Of a stretch of 64,000 bases of DNA, positions 38,075-51,201 are shown piece by piece (the first letter of the stretch is position 1; each line of letters begins with the position of its first letter). The position numbers and the translations under genes were made by a program. The notes beneath the pieces were generated by a model. It did not search any database. It was given only the letters and a program-made list of their open reading frames with translations, and was not told the origin of the DNA. Source of the DNA: Amoebophrya sp. A120 (Eukaryota; Protista; Dinoflagellata); the NCBI GenBank assembly GCA_905178155.1, contig CAJINV010000002.1, forward strand, positions 6,056,476 through 6,120,475, read 5' to 3'.

Positions 38075-39214
38075 TCAAAAAACCGGCACCTGTCCGGCTT
38101 TCATCTTTTTATCGTAACAGTACGCCGTCCACAAATCCAGGAAGAAATTTTGCATTCTTGCATCATTCCAGATTCTTTCCAGGCTTCGGGTGTGTTGGGT
38201 CTTCGCAGCCTTGTAGGCAGCGATATCGCGTTCCGAATATACTGGACGAAACACCTCATCCGAAGAAATCACGTCTTCACGCCGTCGACGACCCATCAAC
38301 GTCTCATAATTTTCTCGCAGCTCGAGTTTCACCAGCTGGCTCACCACTTCTCTTTTCACTTTTTCCAGGCCGTTTTCCCAGATTTCGCGAGTTTGCTGCT
38401 CCATTGATGTTTTCTGCGCCACAGTACGTTCCTCGCCAGAAGTTCTTCTGGCTGCCGGCTCCTCGTCAGCTGCACGGGGGCGAAATAAAAGCGAAGAGGT
38501 AGACCCGCTTGACGTGCTATTTGTATTTGCAGCGACCACTGGTTTCCCAGACGGAGAACGACGTCGTCCTCCTGTAATACTTGCAGAAGCGCCAGCAGCT
38601 TCCCATTTAACATGATCAACACAAGCAACGCTGCTGCTTCCTTCCAGGGCGGCTACAAGGAGTTTCGCGGGACTCAATATTACAGTGTTTATTCCCGACT
38701 GAAGGGTGTGAAGATTTGATGAGGTGGCGCCATCTTCTAGCGTAGAAGTGGACTCTCCTTCATCTTCTCCTCCACCTTCCCAGGTGGAATCGACACTCAA
38801 CATGGTCATGGGCCGCATCTCGGGGTGCAGCTGCCTCGTGCGCCGCAAGTCCAACGTTCGGCTCAAAGTGCGCGACTGCGCCGCCAAAGCAGCTGATGTA
38901 GTGCGTCTTCTTCTAGAAGGAGTAGTAAGAGCGCCGGCACAAGAACTTCTTGCTAGGGATCTGTCATTGCGTGCCTCGACCATAATTTCCTCCATAATGC
39001 GGCCAAACTCCGCGTCAAATACAGGGGAACTTTGCAGCCGACGTCCTGGAGTACCGGCTCGCTGCTCCTCGCCGGGGCCGAGTAACCCGCTTCCGGTACT
39101 AGAGAAATCCTCCGACAAACCCGTCCATCTGCAAAAGCTGTCGCGAAGGGACCGATAAGGCGCTGCCAGAGGGCGGGCAAAAAGATGGAACGGAAAAAAG
39201 TCCTTACTGCTCAC
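38075..39214 (-). CDS. Hypothetical coding exon, possibly the last exon of the RING gene
   Basis: 379-codon ORF with no ATG at its 5' end. Removing a weak TAT..ATA element (39216-39535) plus 5 nt would join it in frame to the upstream exon. Confidence 0.55.
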   Translation of the reverse strand: MSSKDFFPFHLFARPLAAPYRSLRDSFCRWTGLSEDFSSTGSGLLGPGEEQRAGTPGRRLQSSPVFDAEFGRIMEEIMVEARNDRSLARSSCAGALTTPSRRRRTTSAALAAQSRTLSRTLDLRRTRQLHPEMRPMTMLSVDSTWEGGGEDEGESTSTLEDGATSSNLHTLQSGINTVILSPAKLLVAALEGSSSVACVDHVKWEAAGASASITGGRRRSPSGKPVVAANTNSTSSGSTSSLLFRPRAADEEPAARRTSGEERTVAQKTSMEQQTREIWENGLEKVKREVVSQLVKLELRENYETLMGRRRREDVISSDEVFRPVYSERDIAAYKAAKTQHTRSLERIWNDARMQNFFLDLWTAYCYDKKMKAGQVPVF

Positions 39215-39530
39215 GTATCTGCCGTTGTACTAGGTCGGTACCACAACGACTACCACAACGACTGCATTAAAGACGCCCAAATTATGGCGATGAGTTCGAA
39301 AGTACGAACTCGATCGGCGGTTGAATGTAATCGATTCTGCAGCTCGTGTAGACTTCTAATATCTAAGCTTATTGCTTATGCTTACTGGTGAGATGAGCGC
39401 GATGCTAATTAGTCATTTTATCTCATGATGTTTTAGAAACGACCGCAGTGGTGATGCATAGAGAGTTGGAGTCGCCTCCTCATGGCGATGGCGAAAAGTT
39501 TGTTTACTTTCTTCCCAAAAGCAGAACCAT

Positions 39531-42500
39531 TCATAGCGTTTTGACCGGTCTTGCAGACACATGATCACTAAGTAGAAGATCTCTAAAAGGATAAAAGTAC
39601 GCACTTGCATCACGAATGTTGATGTCTCTTCGCTCGCCAAAGCCATCGACTTCCTCATCCTGCTGAGGTGGGACAACGTCGTTGATAGCGTGGATCCGGG
39701 GTAGTATCCCGCCCCGCCACCCAGAGAAAGTTACTCCCAGCACACAGCAACCACACAGCGCGTTACAGCTGTTGTCAAGGCAGTCTCCGAGAAGCATGCC
39801 TGAGACATCCGTTCCGGGAAGGTGTTTATTGTGGCCAAAAGTGTCGCTAGTACTAGTCGCACAAATCATTCTAACGCGGCCTCTGGCAGATTACTGTCTT
39901 CAGCTTCACAGCTGACGTGATCCTCTTTTTCCAGAAAACTTTCATACAAAAACTGCATTTTTCTGCTTCTTGTAAGTCGTTTGCATAGTAGACACACGGC
40001 AACTCTGTACTCCTAGTACGCTCCTACTTTTGATAGGAACTTGCGTGGTGCGCAGCGGCGGCGAGGGTGGCCGGGTTGCAGGTCTGGTACGCCACGGCCC
40101 CGGCGATGCAGCAGCTCGCGCCGCAACAACACGCGTCACACAGCAGTGGTAGTGCGACGGTGCTACACCTGCAGCAGCCCGGGGCCCTTGGCTCCCCGCC
40201 GGCGTCGCTGGTACAGAGGGCCCAGGAAGAGCTTACCGGGCCGGCGAGACAGCAGCAACATTTCGCATCCGCTACTGAAAAAAAATCGGCCGCGGTGTCG
40301 GGTCGGACGCAAGTACTGGCACAAATAAAGGGGCCGCAATACAAGTAGACAAGCGTGGTTAGGGCGCAGTCGCACGTGCGCAAACACGGGTGGAGGCACC
40401 ATTCCCGAAGGCATGGCGCGACTTTGTCCACCGCGAAACGAGTAGCGCGGCTCAAACTTCGTGCACTTCCCCCAAGAACATCGATCACCAGCAGTTCCAG
40501 TGCCTAGGAACGGAGTGGCTTCTGAAGGCTGGTAATCTGGGTGCGTCTCACTTTCCTCTCCGCCGGACGAGGATCCGCTGCTCTCCGTATTTCGACCTGC
40601 AGGCTGACCAGCCCGATCTCGCACAAGCCTAATGTCCTCTTCGGAGTAGCCGAGCGCTTCCAGAACGCCTGGGTTGCAGCAGGGAACCACACGTCGGGCC
40701 GTATGCTGGTGCCACATAGCGGTCTCCTTCAGCCTACCGTAAAACCGGAGGAGCAAGTATGATAATTCACATCACCAACATGACCTCCCACTCTTGTCCT
40801 TTGCAAAGGTGCGTTGCCGTTCACGCAATGAAGTACAGCATAATATAATGTACGTTGGAATTCATCAAAAAAATGCTGCGTGAACCACTTGTACTGCGCA
40901 TGACAAATAACAACATATTGATGGTGCTAGTGATGCCGATTCTGGCTGGGATAGCAGCGCCTCCACAGTGATTGGCGGGCCGGATGACATCAGAGGGCTG
41001 CGCGTCGCGTCCTCCACATCGTTCTCTTCGTTGGATGATGAGGATGAACTTGATGCAAGTTCATCTCCTTCGCCCGAATCGGACCCTCCGTCATCTTCTG
41101 TCGGTCGCCGCCCGTGTTCCGGTCCAGAGGACGGCTTTTGCAACAAATCACCCTGTAGTCGTGCGGAATCTGTTGATGTTGATGAACTAGAGGCGACCAC
41201 GGCCCCGATACTCGTGGTTTTTTTATGTTTGCTCCTTCTATATTCGCGGTCTAAAAAGTGTCCGCTGATATGCTCACCGGTCTTCTGAAAATGCCTTCGT
41301 CGCCGTTTCTTTTGGCGTTTGATCACTTGGGCAAGACTTTTTTCCTCAGCAGGCGTGCTGGTGCCGGCGCCAGATTTACAGACGGTTTCAAATTCTGGGT
41401 CTTGTCGTTTCATCAGTTCGAGCTCCGTGGTGGCGAGACGTCTCTCTTGCGACGGAGACGAATAGTTCATGGCACGACGAGGATAGTTCCCTCTACACTT
41501 GCGGTGTCTTCGGCCGTTGTAACCTCCGAGTTTCTTCGGCTTGAAAGTGGCCGAACCACGTGAACTCGTGTAGGTGCAGCTCTTCGGGGTTCTTGCGGAA
41601 GAAATCTCGAACAATTCCTCGAAAAAAATCCCCAATGCGTGTTCCAGCCCGTCGCGGGCCCGCACGATGTCCAGTGCTGTGTGGAGGCGCATGTCCACTA
41701 CAGGGGGCACCCGGGCACTAAAACTCTCATGCTGTTGTGTGCGAGCCTGCTCGGGCCCCGGGGCCGCGCTGGTCGCGGATCTTTTCCCGCGCGGCCCGTC
41801 TTTTCGTCGTAGACCAACACCCGAAGTGCTGCTGTCGTGCGGGCGCGCTCCCGCACTTGCACTCCCACTTGCAACGATATTCACAATTTGCGCACGAACA
41901 TCGTGGAGCTCGTAGGAAGCACTTTCGACATAGCTCTTCACGTGATTCCAGAGCTGCTTGCGCTCCGCTGGTGTAAGTATTTCTAGATTCTGTTCTAGCA
42001 TGCGTCTAGGTCTACTTCCACCTGCCGTGCGCCGGGTGCTCTGGGTTGCAGATCGGTCGTGGTCTCCCTTCAAGAACAAAGAAAGCAACTCATCGACAGC
42101 TTCCATCGTGATTCCATCGTAGCACACGTACCGCGGGCAAAGGCTGGTTTGGCAGTAGCACGCCTGTGCGATGGGTTGGCACGCGTCGGCCACGTCGAGA
42201 GGAAAAAAGTGGAGGCCAGGAGCCTCTTGCTGCTGCGGCGGCCCGGAAACCACGTCGTGTTTTTCTTTTGGCATTTTACCGCCTTCTGAGACGAAGCTTC
42301 GGCCGCAGATTCTGCGGTCTACTTTACCATCCTTCTCCTGCCGCCCTTCGACGTGTTCTTCGTCTCCGCGGGAGAACAGAAACCCACCACTGCGTGCTGG
42401 AGGTCTAGTCTGCAAATAATCACCGTGGAGCTTGCGCTTAGGAAGACCCTCACGGTCGTGCTCAACAACCGGGTCTCCAGCCTGTTGCTCGTCTTGCCCC

Positions 42501-43348
42501 TGAACGACCTGGTCCCAGTAGTGCAGCACGATTGGCCACTGGGATTTCTCCTGGCCCTCCGCGCACACCGGGCACGACTTGCGCCTTGCGAGACCGGAAT
42601 TACGCAGCTCGTAGTTCCGCGCACAGGCCGGGCAAACTACGTGCCCACAGGGGTAGACCGACACGGATTTTTTTCGAGCTGTCGGGGCCTCATTCGAGGG
42701 GAACGAGGCGGAGGAAACTGGTGCGACAGCAGGTGTAGTTGGATTTGTTGGTGGGCCGGCTGCACCGAAACGTTGAGGTTGACCATCTAAATCTCCAGCT
42801 TTCCCGTTTGTTGTTTCATCTCCCTTGTAGTTATTAGGGTTACAGCTACACTTCCCATCTACTGTGCCCTCTATTTCATTCGGATTTCCAGGGTCATTGT
42901 GCTCTCCTCCGACGATATTTTCCTTCAAGCAAATGACGCAGGCTTGCTCTTTCAACAGGGTCGGCCCACCATCATATTCTTGGTTCGTGAGCCGAAAACG
43001 TAACAGTCGCCACTCCTTTGCGGTGAAGGGCCGGCGAGGATTGGGCAGGAAAAAGTTCATTCCACCGCTTCGGTCTACTTTTTGACGCTGGTCATCTCTT
43101 CGCGGGTACAGTACTTCAGGCTCCTCATCATCCGGTAACATCATGGTCGTTTTGAGATGCGCTCTCGCCCCCATACGCTGTTGGGTCGGAGGTGCAGCTG
43201 TAGAGGACGAGGAGGAGGCTTGTTCTGCATGAGCAGGAACTGGCGGAGAGTCTCTGAAAATACTGCGCGCTCTGGCAACAACTGATATTGATTGCAGGTA
43301 ATAGAGTACCGCCGGAAAAAGGCAGCACTGCAACAAGTCGCTCCTCAT
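39531..43348 (-). CDS. RING-finger (C3HC4-like) protein with Cys-rich downstream exons; 3' structure unresolved
   Basis: CVIC...YPCGHVVCPAC...CPVC with a long insertion; hydrophobic N-terminus; frame break near 40500. Confidence 0.6.
39827..40035. mobile_element. Degenerate introner, DRs diverged
   Basis: tat..caaaagt..gtactag at both ends. Removing 214 nt links the two ORF frames (HASSLPGTDVSG). Confidence 0.6.
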
Positions 43349-44750
43349 CTTGCACGAACGCTCATGTACGGTCTTTGCGACGTGAATATTTTTTATTCAC
43401 AAAAATAATTTGATGAAACTGAATGAACAAAATCCAAACAGTGGCAGTCATACAGATACAACCACAGCGGCATAGAGCTGGTTGCGCAACTTCTTTCAGC
43501 TTAAGTGCATGACGTAAATTGAAAAAAAATCGATAGGGAGCTGATGGAGCTGCTACTGCTGAAGCCTGAGGCCTGTGAATAGGAAAACCACAACTCTGAT
43601 TGCAAAGAAGCTCTCGCTAAGAAGTTTGGCAAAGCGGAACTCACGTCTCGGAAAGTTGTTTCTAAAATAGCAGGACGAGAGAACAAATCAATTGTTGGAT
43701 ACTGCTCACCTTCTCTTCAAATTTGTCGTTAGGCTTTGTTTTAAGTAGATCTTCTGCGGGTGCGGTAGCGTTGCGAAATAGTTGAATGCGCCCGGGGACC
43801 TTGACACAAGCTTCTGCTTCACGGACGAGTGTACAAATACCATCCAGTAGATGGATCAGGAGGGATGACGTCTTCTTGAAACAGAATATCTTCGGAATTC
43901 GGGATCTTCATGCGAGCGGTCCTTGATCATCTTCCCGGAGAGACAAGGCGACGGCCTCCTTGAACTTCATGATCTGGCTGGAGATATTCTAGCCAATAAA
44001 ACCACTACGCTGACACTTGCAGCTGAACAAGAACAAGGCATGGCACGGAATAGGTGCAGTTCCAAGAACAACAGAGCCAGACGCGATTCATCTGACGGCT
44101 GACGCTTCTTCTCGCAGCGCTGCATCGCAAGGGGTGCGCACTCCTTTTGCTGTTTGTGTTAACCCATGCGCATTCGACATCAGCAAACCCCTTGGGGAAG
44201 ATGCATCGCGTTGACATTCTTCTTCCGGCGCCTGAAGACATACACGCCAAGTGCGTTTTATGTGAGTGCAGTGATTTTATGATTTTCATTTTCTTGGAAA
44301 ATATTATGTGTATGTGGCTTATCGTATTCATTTTTTTTATAGTGGTTCTGCTGCACAGGGACATTTCGACATCACAATTTTCTATGGTGTCATGCTTTAT
44401 CAAGCGAATTTTTCTCCGATCCGTTTTTCATCTGCCTGCTTCTGCTTTTCAGTTCTTCTTCATCCCTACCGTATCATTGATTCATCACCTTCGTCCGTGG
44501 CAAAGAATTGCCGGGCAAAAAAAGTTCCGTAATTAATTTAGTACATCACAATCTTCAACATTCATGTGGTCGTCCTCAACTCTCATTCAAATATCGTTTC
44601 TCACCCTACTGCTACTTTTACATATTTTAATTTAGGCTTACAATTTCATCAACACTCCGCGTCCCCGCTTTCGCATGGTTAGGTCACCACCTACTAGAAA
44701 AGCTCATCCCGTTCCCGCACTCACTCGTTCATGATCTATCGTTATTCTTT

Positions 44751-47700
44751 TCACGCCGAATTCGGCGATTCGGTGTCGACGTGCTCCGGTCCCTTGGTCT
44801 TGACCTTCATGTTGTCCCCGTGTCCATCGTTCGTCGCCGTGTTCACGCCACTAGTCCCGGCGGTTTGTTTTCTATCGTGTGCAAAGACGTACCCACCCGA
44901 TACTTGCAAATGCCATGTGTAGATCTGCATGCCTAAGAAAAATGTTTCCTATGCGCAGCCCCATCAGGATGCCCATTTTCCAGTCGTGGTGTTTTGGAAC
45001 TTGACATGATGCTCTGATCAACACGATGTTGAGAGCGTCGATTTTTATCTAATGTGGCTTCACTACCCATGCACGACTACACCGCGAGCGCAAACCTGTC
45101 ATGCGCCCCAAGCAGAACGGCAGCAGATCTACTCGTCCCATCTTGACTATCCTCGTGGGGACGTTTTCACGCACGATATTCTCCAACAGCGTTGGTGCGC
45201 CGGCGGTGGCCAGACACTTCGTTTTCGGCTTGTTCCAGCGGTTCCAGCTCGTTCAGTTGCCGAAAAGTGTTCTTCTCCACCTCGTCCTCTTCTTCTTCTT
45301 CTCTCAGCAAATCGGACTGCGACGTCGTGGTGGACTTCCTCATTTTCCCCGCCATGGGATCTGGTATCGCAAACTCGTCCTCTGGCGGTAGACCACTCGG
45401 TGCCACGTCACGGTCCTCTTTGTGGCCACCACCAGCGAGATGATTGATGTCCTTCTTGTAAGAAGAATCTCGTCCACCGGAAGCTGTTGCAACTACATCA
45501 CGGCCAATGTTCTCATTGGTTCCACCTCCTGCTACCGGCGAAGAAGGTCCTGCTACTGCGTGATGCAATTGATCACCCTCTTGAGCTGGGTCCCCGTTGA
45601 CGACCATCAACTTCGTCGGAGAGATGGGAGGCGGAGTAGCGGAAGAAGATCTCGGTAGTTGTCCATGAAGGCCTTGCTCGATTTCTTCAGAATTCCGAAG
45701 GTGGTCGTGCTGCTTCTCGGTAATAGTGAGCTCGTCGTGCTGGTTGGCCACGGTCGTGCTCCCGGTGGTTCTACTGGTGGTAAAAGTAGTGGCGACTGTA
45801 CTCCTACTGGTTCCTCCGCGCCGATTGTCTGGAATGTTGGATGCTGGCACGGAAACAGGTGCACCAGCATTCAGTTTCTTCATCTGTGCGGTTGACACCG
45901 CGGTCGTGTGGTCCTTTTCTGCTCCAGGTGCAGCGGGCTCTGTTGTTCGTTTTCCCGATGGAGGGACAGCAATCGTTGATGGAGTGCCATCTTGCTCTTC
46001 TCGTTTCCGGAACTCCACCTCGCTCACCACTACCGGAGCGGTTTTTCTGTTTGCTCCATCAAGGAAGTGCTCGTCCGGCCGTGTTGCTGACGAACTACTA
46101 GACTTACTCGGCCGTCCTGGTACAGACACCCGTAGTGCGGTGTGGGTGTCCGATTGTACTGCGGTTGCAGCGGTGCGCCCTTTTTCCTCCACCTCGTTCC
46201 TGTGCTGCGGACGTGCTGCGCGGAGATCCGGATCCGGACTCGTTACCTTTGTTGTGCCATCGGTTTCAATGTTGGACGTGGGTGCGAGATCATTGCTGGC
46301 AGGTTCAGCATCTCCGTCGGAAGCAGATGTCTTGCAGTCAATCCCGCTCGCTTCCAATTCCAGCAAGGACATTCTGAATTTTCCAGTGATTTTTCCTCCC
46401 TTGCAATAAGTTGGCTTTGTCCTCGTGATTGTGCCGCCGGTCGGCGTCTTCTCTTCCCCGGATTTACTGAGCCAACCTCCCCAGCCCACCAATTTCCCTA
46501 CTGTGGTTAGTAGCGAGTCGCCCATGCCTTGTCTGGTCCAAAACGGTTCCGGAAAATCCTGGAGCAACGGCTGGCGTGTGTTCGCCAAATCCACGTCTAG
46601 CGCGTCGGGCTGCTTCTCGACCTCGAGCCCCTCGGCGCCGTCCAACGGGAACAAGTTGAATAGAAAAAACGCAAGAGACTGACAGTTGAGCTGCGGCTTA
46701 GAAGAAAACATAGAGGGAGTCTCCACGTAGTCGTTTCCGCTTTTGAATGGTCCGTAAAACGCTGCGGCAATAGCAACGAGAACGTCGGACCACGTCGCAG
46801 TTGGAACAAAGTTGCGTATTATATTGTACAGGGTATCTGCTCTTGCTCTAATGAAAATCCCGCCTTCCGGATCGAGCACTTCCTGCGCGTTGTAAGGGGT
46901 GCACCAATCCGGATACTGGAGAGCAGCTCGTAGCTCCGCGGGCGCTTGCCTTAGGGCGCGCGTGCTGGTCTCCCCTGTTTGCGATTTGTCGTCCAGATCC
47001 CGAATTGCAAGGTCGCAGCTGAACCCGCTTGCAGAGTATCCGGCATACAGGATGAGCTCATAGTCTTTTGTTGTTGCTCGTCCCCACAAACCAGTTTGCG
47101 AAGATGACGTCAGCAAAAAGGCGAATCTGATGAAGTGATGCTCTGCTGTATCCGATCCAACCTTGTTCAGTTGCAGTTGATGGGCTTGCACAGCTATATC
47201 GACGCCAGGATTCACTGTCCACGTCGTTGCCGTAGCACTAGTAGCAGGATCGGGCGCACCTTGGACGTAGGGTATCGTTGTCAGTTTAACGCTGAACGGC
47301 TCGACTACGGTCACGGCGCAGGTAGCGGCTGGCCTGAGGGTTACGGCCCCGAGACGTCCGAGGTACGGGCCGTCGGTACACGTAGTCTCTAAACAGGGGA
47401 GCAGTCGGTTAGAATCCGGGGGAAACGCTGGAGTGCTGCGCACGCACATATGTTCCATTTCATCGAGGCTTGTTCTTTGTTGAGGTGAAGATATTTTACT
47501 TCTGGTTGATGCGATGCCGTCCTTGTGCTGCTGCCGCTGGTTGATCGTCATCCGCATCTGCTTTATAGCTCGAAACCACTGTTGTTCTTCGAGATCCTTC
47601 GCCTCGGCATTCCCACCATCCGGAACAATGTGACTCTTCAAAAGGGTTACGCACATAGGAGAGATCTGAGCGAGTTTGTACTGACCCTCGACAAATCCTT

Positions 47701-49834
47701 TTCTATCACTATCGTGTTTTTCCGGGAAGATGTGGGCCAAAAACCGTTTTCGCTTCATTATGTCAGGATCCGCGGTAGGATTGACCTTGCATTCATTAGC
47801 GTCTCTGTTTTCCACTTTTCCTTTTGCTACTGTGTCCGACAACCAGCTCAAACTGTTCGCCCAGACCGTGCCGGCGTCGGGCTCGGTCACGGTACAGAGG
47901 TACAATTGCCGGGGAAGACCTGCATCTACCAAGTTGTTGTAACTAGTATATTTTTTGATCTCTTCAGGACCCGGCCCAGCATAACCACCAATGCCGCCGA
48001 CGTTCACCTTGACATGATCGGGTTCCACAGGTTCCGCTGCATGGCCACCGAAAACGGGAGCAAGGGCACCGAAAATCATCTGCAAGAAACTCGATTCCAG
48101 AGAGTCGACCAAGCCGAGCAACATCTTCCCAACCAGAGTAGTGGGAGCAGGTGGGTGAACCTGGCGGCGCAACATCGGCTATGGAAACCTCAGTTGGAAG
48201 CTATTCAGGGTAGAAGAGATTTGTCATAACACATCGAGTCAAAAAACCGTTGCCTCGTCCTGCTCTTGTCTGCGCCTTCCCATGACGAATTCGCTTACAC
48301 AATTGGTCCACCGCTCGCGTGAATCCCTGAAGCTACGTGCTGGCGTTGAGCCTGACACATTTTTCACGTTCCCAGAAGGCTGCAGCAGCAGCACTGGGTC
48401 AGAAGTAGAAAACGCCTTAGAATACAAAAGCCAAAGCCTCAAGTTGCTGCGCGCCCTCCATAAGGGAGGCTGTCACAGTCTAAGCTGTGCTCTTCTTGGA
48501 TGTACAGGCGAATAAATTTCTTCCACATTGAAAGTTTTTCTTGGTTTCTTGAGGTTGCCATACGGACGACTTCTTCTTGTAGAGTACCAGAGCGGTGGAA
48601 GACGAAGAACTAGAGGTGCTGGTGGTGGTCGTTGTAGTCGTGCTGTCGTATGCATTGCAAACACGAATATATATGCCTGGGTTCTGAAGGACGAATTACA
48701 TTTGCATGTACATTGGCGCTGTGCCATGTATGAGGAGGAGCCCCCAGTGATGGGCCCTGTTTTTGTCCTCCGACAGTAAAGCCAGAAAGAAACCACGTAC
48801 GTTAGTACTTCTCGACCTTGACCACGGGTCATGGGAAAACCTCCTTTTTAAAGCGTAAAGGCAATCGAAAGCACCCCTATAATGACGCCCGCGTATTCTT
48901 TTGAGATTCAGACCCAGCCACATCCATTTGCAATGAATACGCTGCCAGTTACTACTGCGTCCAAAGCGGGAGCTGAGATGATGAGTGCTCTTGATGAAGA
49001 TTCCGAGTCGTCCACAACTACCGGTAGAGTACTCCGTTTCTCGCCCGAAGTTGCAACGCCATGTTGTACAGGGGTTCGACTAGTACCATCGTTCCTTGCA
49101 GTAGTTCTCGAGTGATCGTTCTCCATGCTGCTGGAGTCCTTCCCTTCGTTCTCGAGTGTTGTAGTAGCTTCTGTCCTCGGATCATTCTGGTGAAGACCGG
49201 AATCATGTGTAGTTGTAGTTCCCACTGGCTGTAGTGAACCATCATTCCTTCCTCCTGCATTCTTTGCCGCAACGGCAACAGCTGCACTGGCATCAACCTC
49301 GTCCGCCTCGACGTAACTTTCGCGTTCCCGGCCGCCCCCTGGCGCGTGATTTTTCTGTTGCAGCGGTTCATGAGATGAAGTCGCAGTCGCAGTAGAACGA
49401 GTTACATGTTGATGCTCATCTACATCTGGAGCTTGATGATCGTGGTCTGCGACAGCAGAAGACGCTGACACCGAATCGTCCGCTTCTGCGCCGATCGTCC
49501 TCCTGGAAGAAGAGGAGGAAAGGCTACTGCTGCCGGACGCCGAGTCTTGGTGAATCGCACGAACCATGAGTAGCTGCGGTAAGTAGTTGTGATAGCCCAA
49601 GTCGTCGCTCATCCCTCCTCGTGAAGCGAAAAACCAGCTGGCGGTCACCGGGTACCCAGGCGTCGCCCTCCACCACAATGTTGATGAAAAGTCTGTCACT
49701 ATCAAGAAGCCGCATTGAAGAGCGAGGAGGACGATGAAGCAACAACGACTGATCGATGAAAGCGGAAGAATTATAAACAGCGTGTGCTTTTTCACCATGA
49801 AGCGATGCATCGGGAGAGGACTTTTCACCGACAT
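44751..49834 (-). CDS. Hypothetical secreted or membrane-anchored protein (4 exons)
   Basis: ORFs 48908-49915 and 45167-48175, an 81-nt exon and a terminal exon all join in frame through three introners. N-terminal hydrophobic segment. No family recognised. Confidence 0.7.
44873..45178. mobile_element. Introner, DR ttttc/ttctc
   Basis: tatcgtgtgcaaagacgtacccac / gtggggacgttttcacgcacgata. Excision gives AVGEQTAG. Confidence 0.85.
48180..48562. mobile_element. Older introner, DRs diverged
   Basis: tatggaaacctca / tgaggttgccata. Removing 388 nt gives YKKKSSVLRRQ. Confidence 0.75.
48649..48939. mobile_element. Older introner with B-like ends, DRs diverged
   Basis: tatgcattgcaaa / tttgcaatgaata. 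Removing 296 nt gives VTGSGTTTT. Confidence 0.75.
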
Positions 49835-51201
49835 TGTGCTTGTCTGTTCGTGGTCCGGGAGCAAATGGAGTGGTTTTTGTATACGGTGATTTCTCTTGTC
49901 TGCGTCCTGCTGCAAGTGTTCCTTTCTGCAAAAGGGCGAATACTTGTTCCACCAAACAGGGGGGCTAGTGCTTGATGCTGGTCAATTCGTCCCCCGGGGC
50001 AATATTGTGTCGGTTGTTCAGTGTTTTTCCCGAGCACGAAACAGCTCTGTTGAAAGCCGCGAAACGGGAGTTGTCGATGAAAGTAAACAAATACTCAACA
50101 AGAGAAGCGGAAAGGGAAACGATAATGCACGGAACCGGTGATGAGAATCAAGTTGAAGTGAAAACCATGGTGATTTGTATGGGAAGCTTTGGTCTTAGAA
50201 GTGATGAACGAACAACAGGAGATGAAGCAGCAAGATGAATTCGCAGTCTTACAAGTCTAATTCTTACCTTGGTATATTCGCTACTAATTATGGAGCATTT
50301 GCAATTTTATGCAATTTTCACCTCTACACAAAATTTGCGTCTTTGTGATACCACAAGTAATATTGTATGAAATTCTGTAATTCTATACAACACGCTTGCG
50401 TACCTTATTATGTGCGATGTAATTCTTGGGCTGAGTCACTAGGTAAAGCATCTATCCGTATCGGTTATCTAGGTCATTTGGGCCTGAGACGAAAGCCGGG
50501 GGTGAGTATCGTGTGAAGATTGCTTGCATCATGCTAAGGAATATCAATTCCGGGAAAAATTACCCAAGACGGAATTTTTTTCGACATTGTTGCACATTAA
50601 AAGACGACTCAGCGCAAAAATGGATGAACAGGTCCCTTTAAGACACTTTAATTACTTTCCTCGAAAACATATGAAGAAAAGAACCGTACACATCATGTCC
50701 TCACATCAGCGCCTCAACTCACTCTCATGTTCGCTCGGCCTGCCCTGTGAAACTGATACTGAAATGAAAACAAAATAACACGACCGGCAACAAGATTTCG
50801 AAAGACCAAGCCTACACCGTCGCGCCGTTGGTTCCTCCTGTCCTAGTCCTAACCTCGTCTAACAGCGCAAAATTAAGAAAAACAAAAACTGTACTCTCAA
50901 CAATAACTTATTGGTAACTCTCGACGCTTTTTCCCTTGCAGGGCCAAAAAAAACCCTCTGCATAATTGAATCGTCGCTACAAATGCAATGGAGGAGCGGC
51001 ATGATCTCGCTGTGCTGTCGATGTATTTATGTGAAGATGAAGGTTGGCAGTGCAGAAGTACAAAACACGACAGAACATTCACCGTTCTGCAGCTGGGGGA
51101 GTTAAGATCGCCAGGCGATGTGAATCGCCGCCGTGCTGTTGTTCGTTTTTCATTCTTTTCGGTGCTTCGACGGGCGACAAGATTTTATCAAGGACTGACG
51201 A

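Noticed and set aside
43741-44540. Possible small gene (NISSQIMKFKEAVAL and neighbouring short frames)
   Set aside because: I could not build a consistent start, splice structure or recognisable motif.
8030-49100. Frequent actagt/agtact palindromes
   Set aside because: Explained by Thr-Ser and Ser-Thr codons in low-complexity protein linkers.
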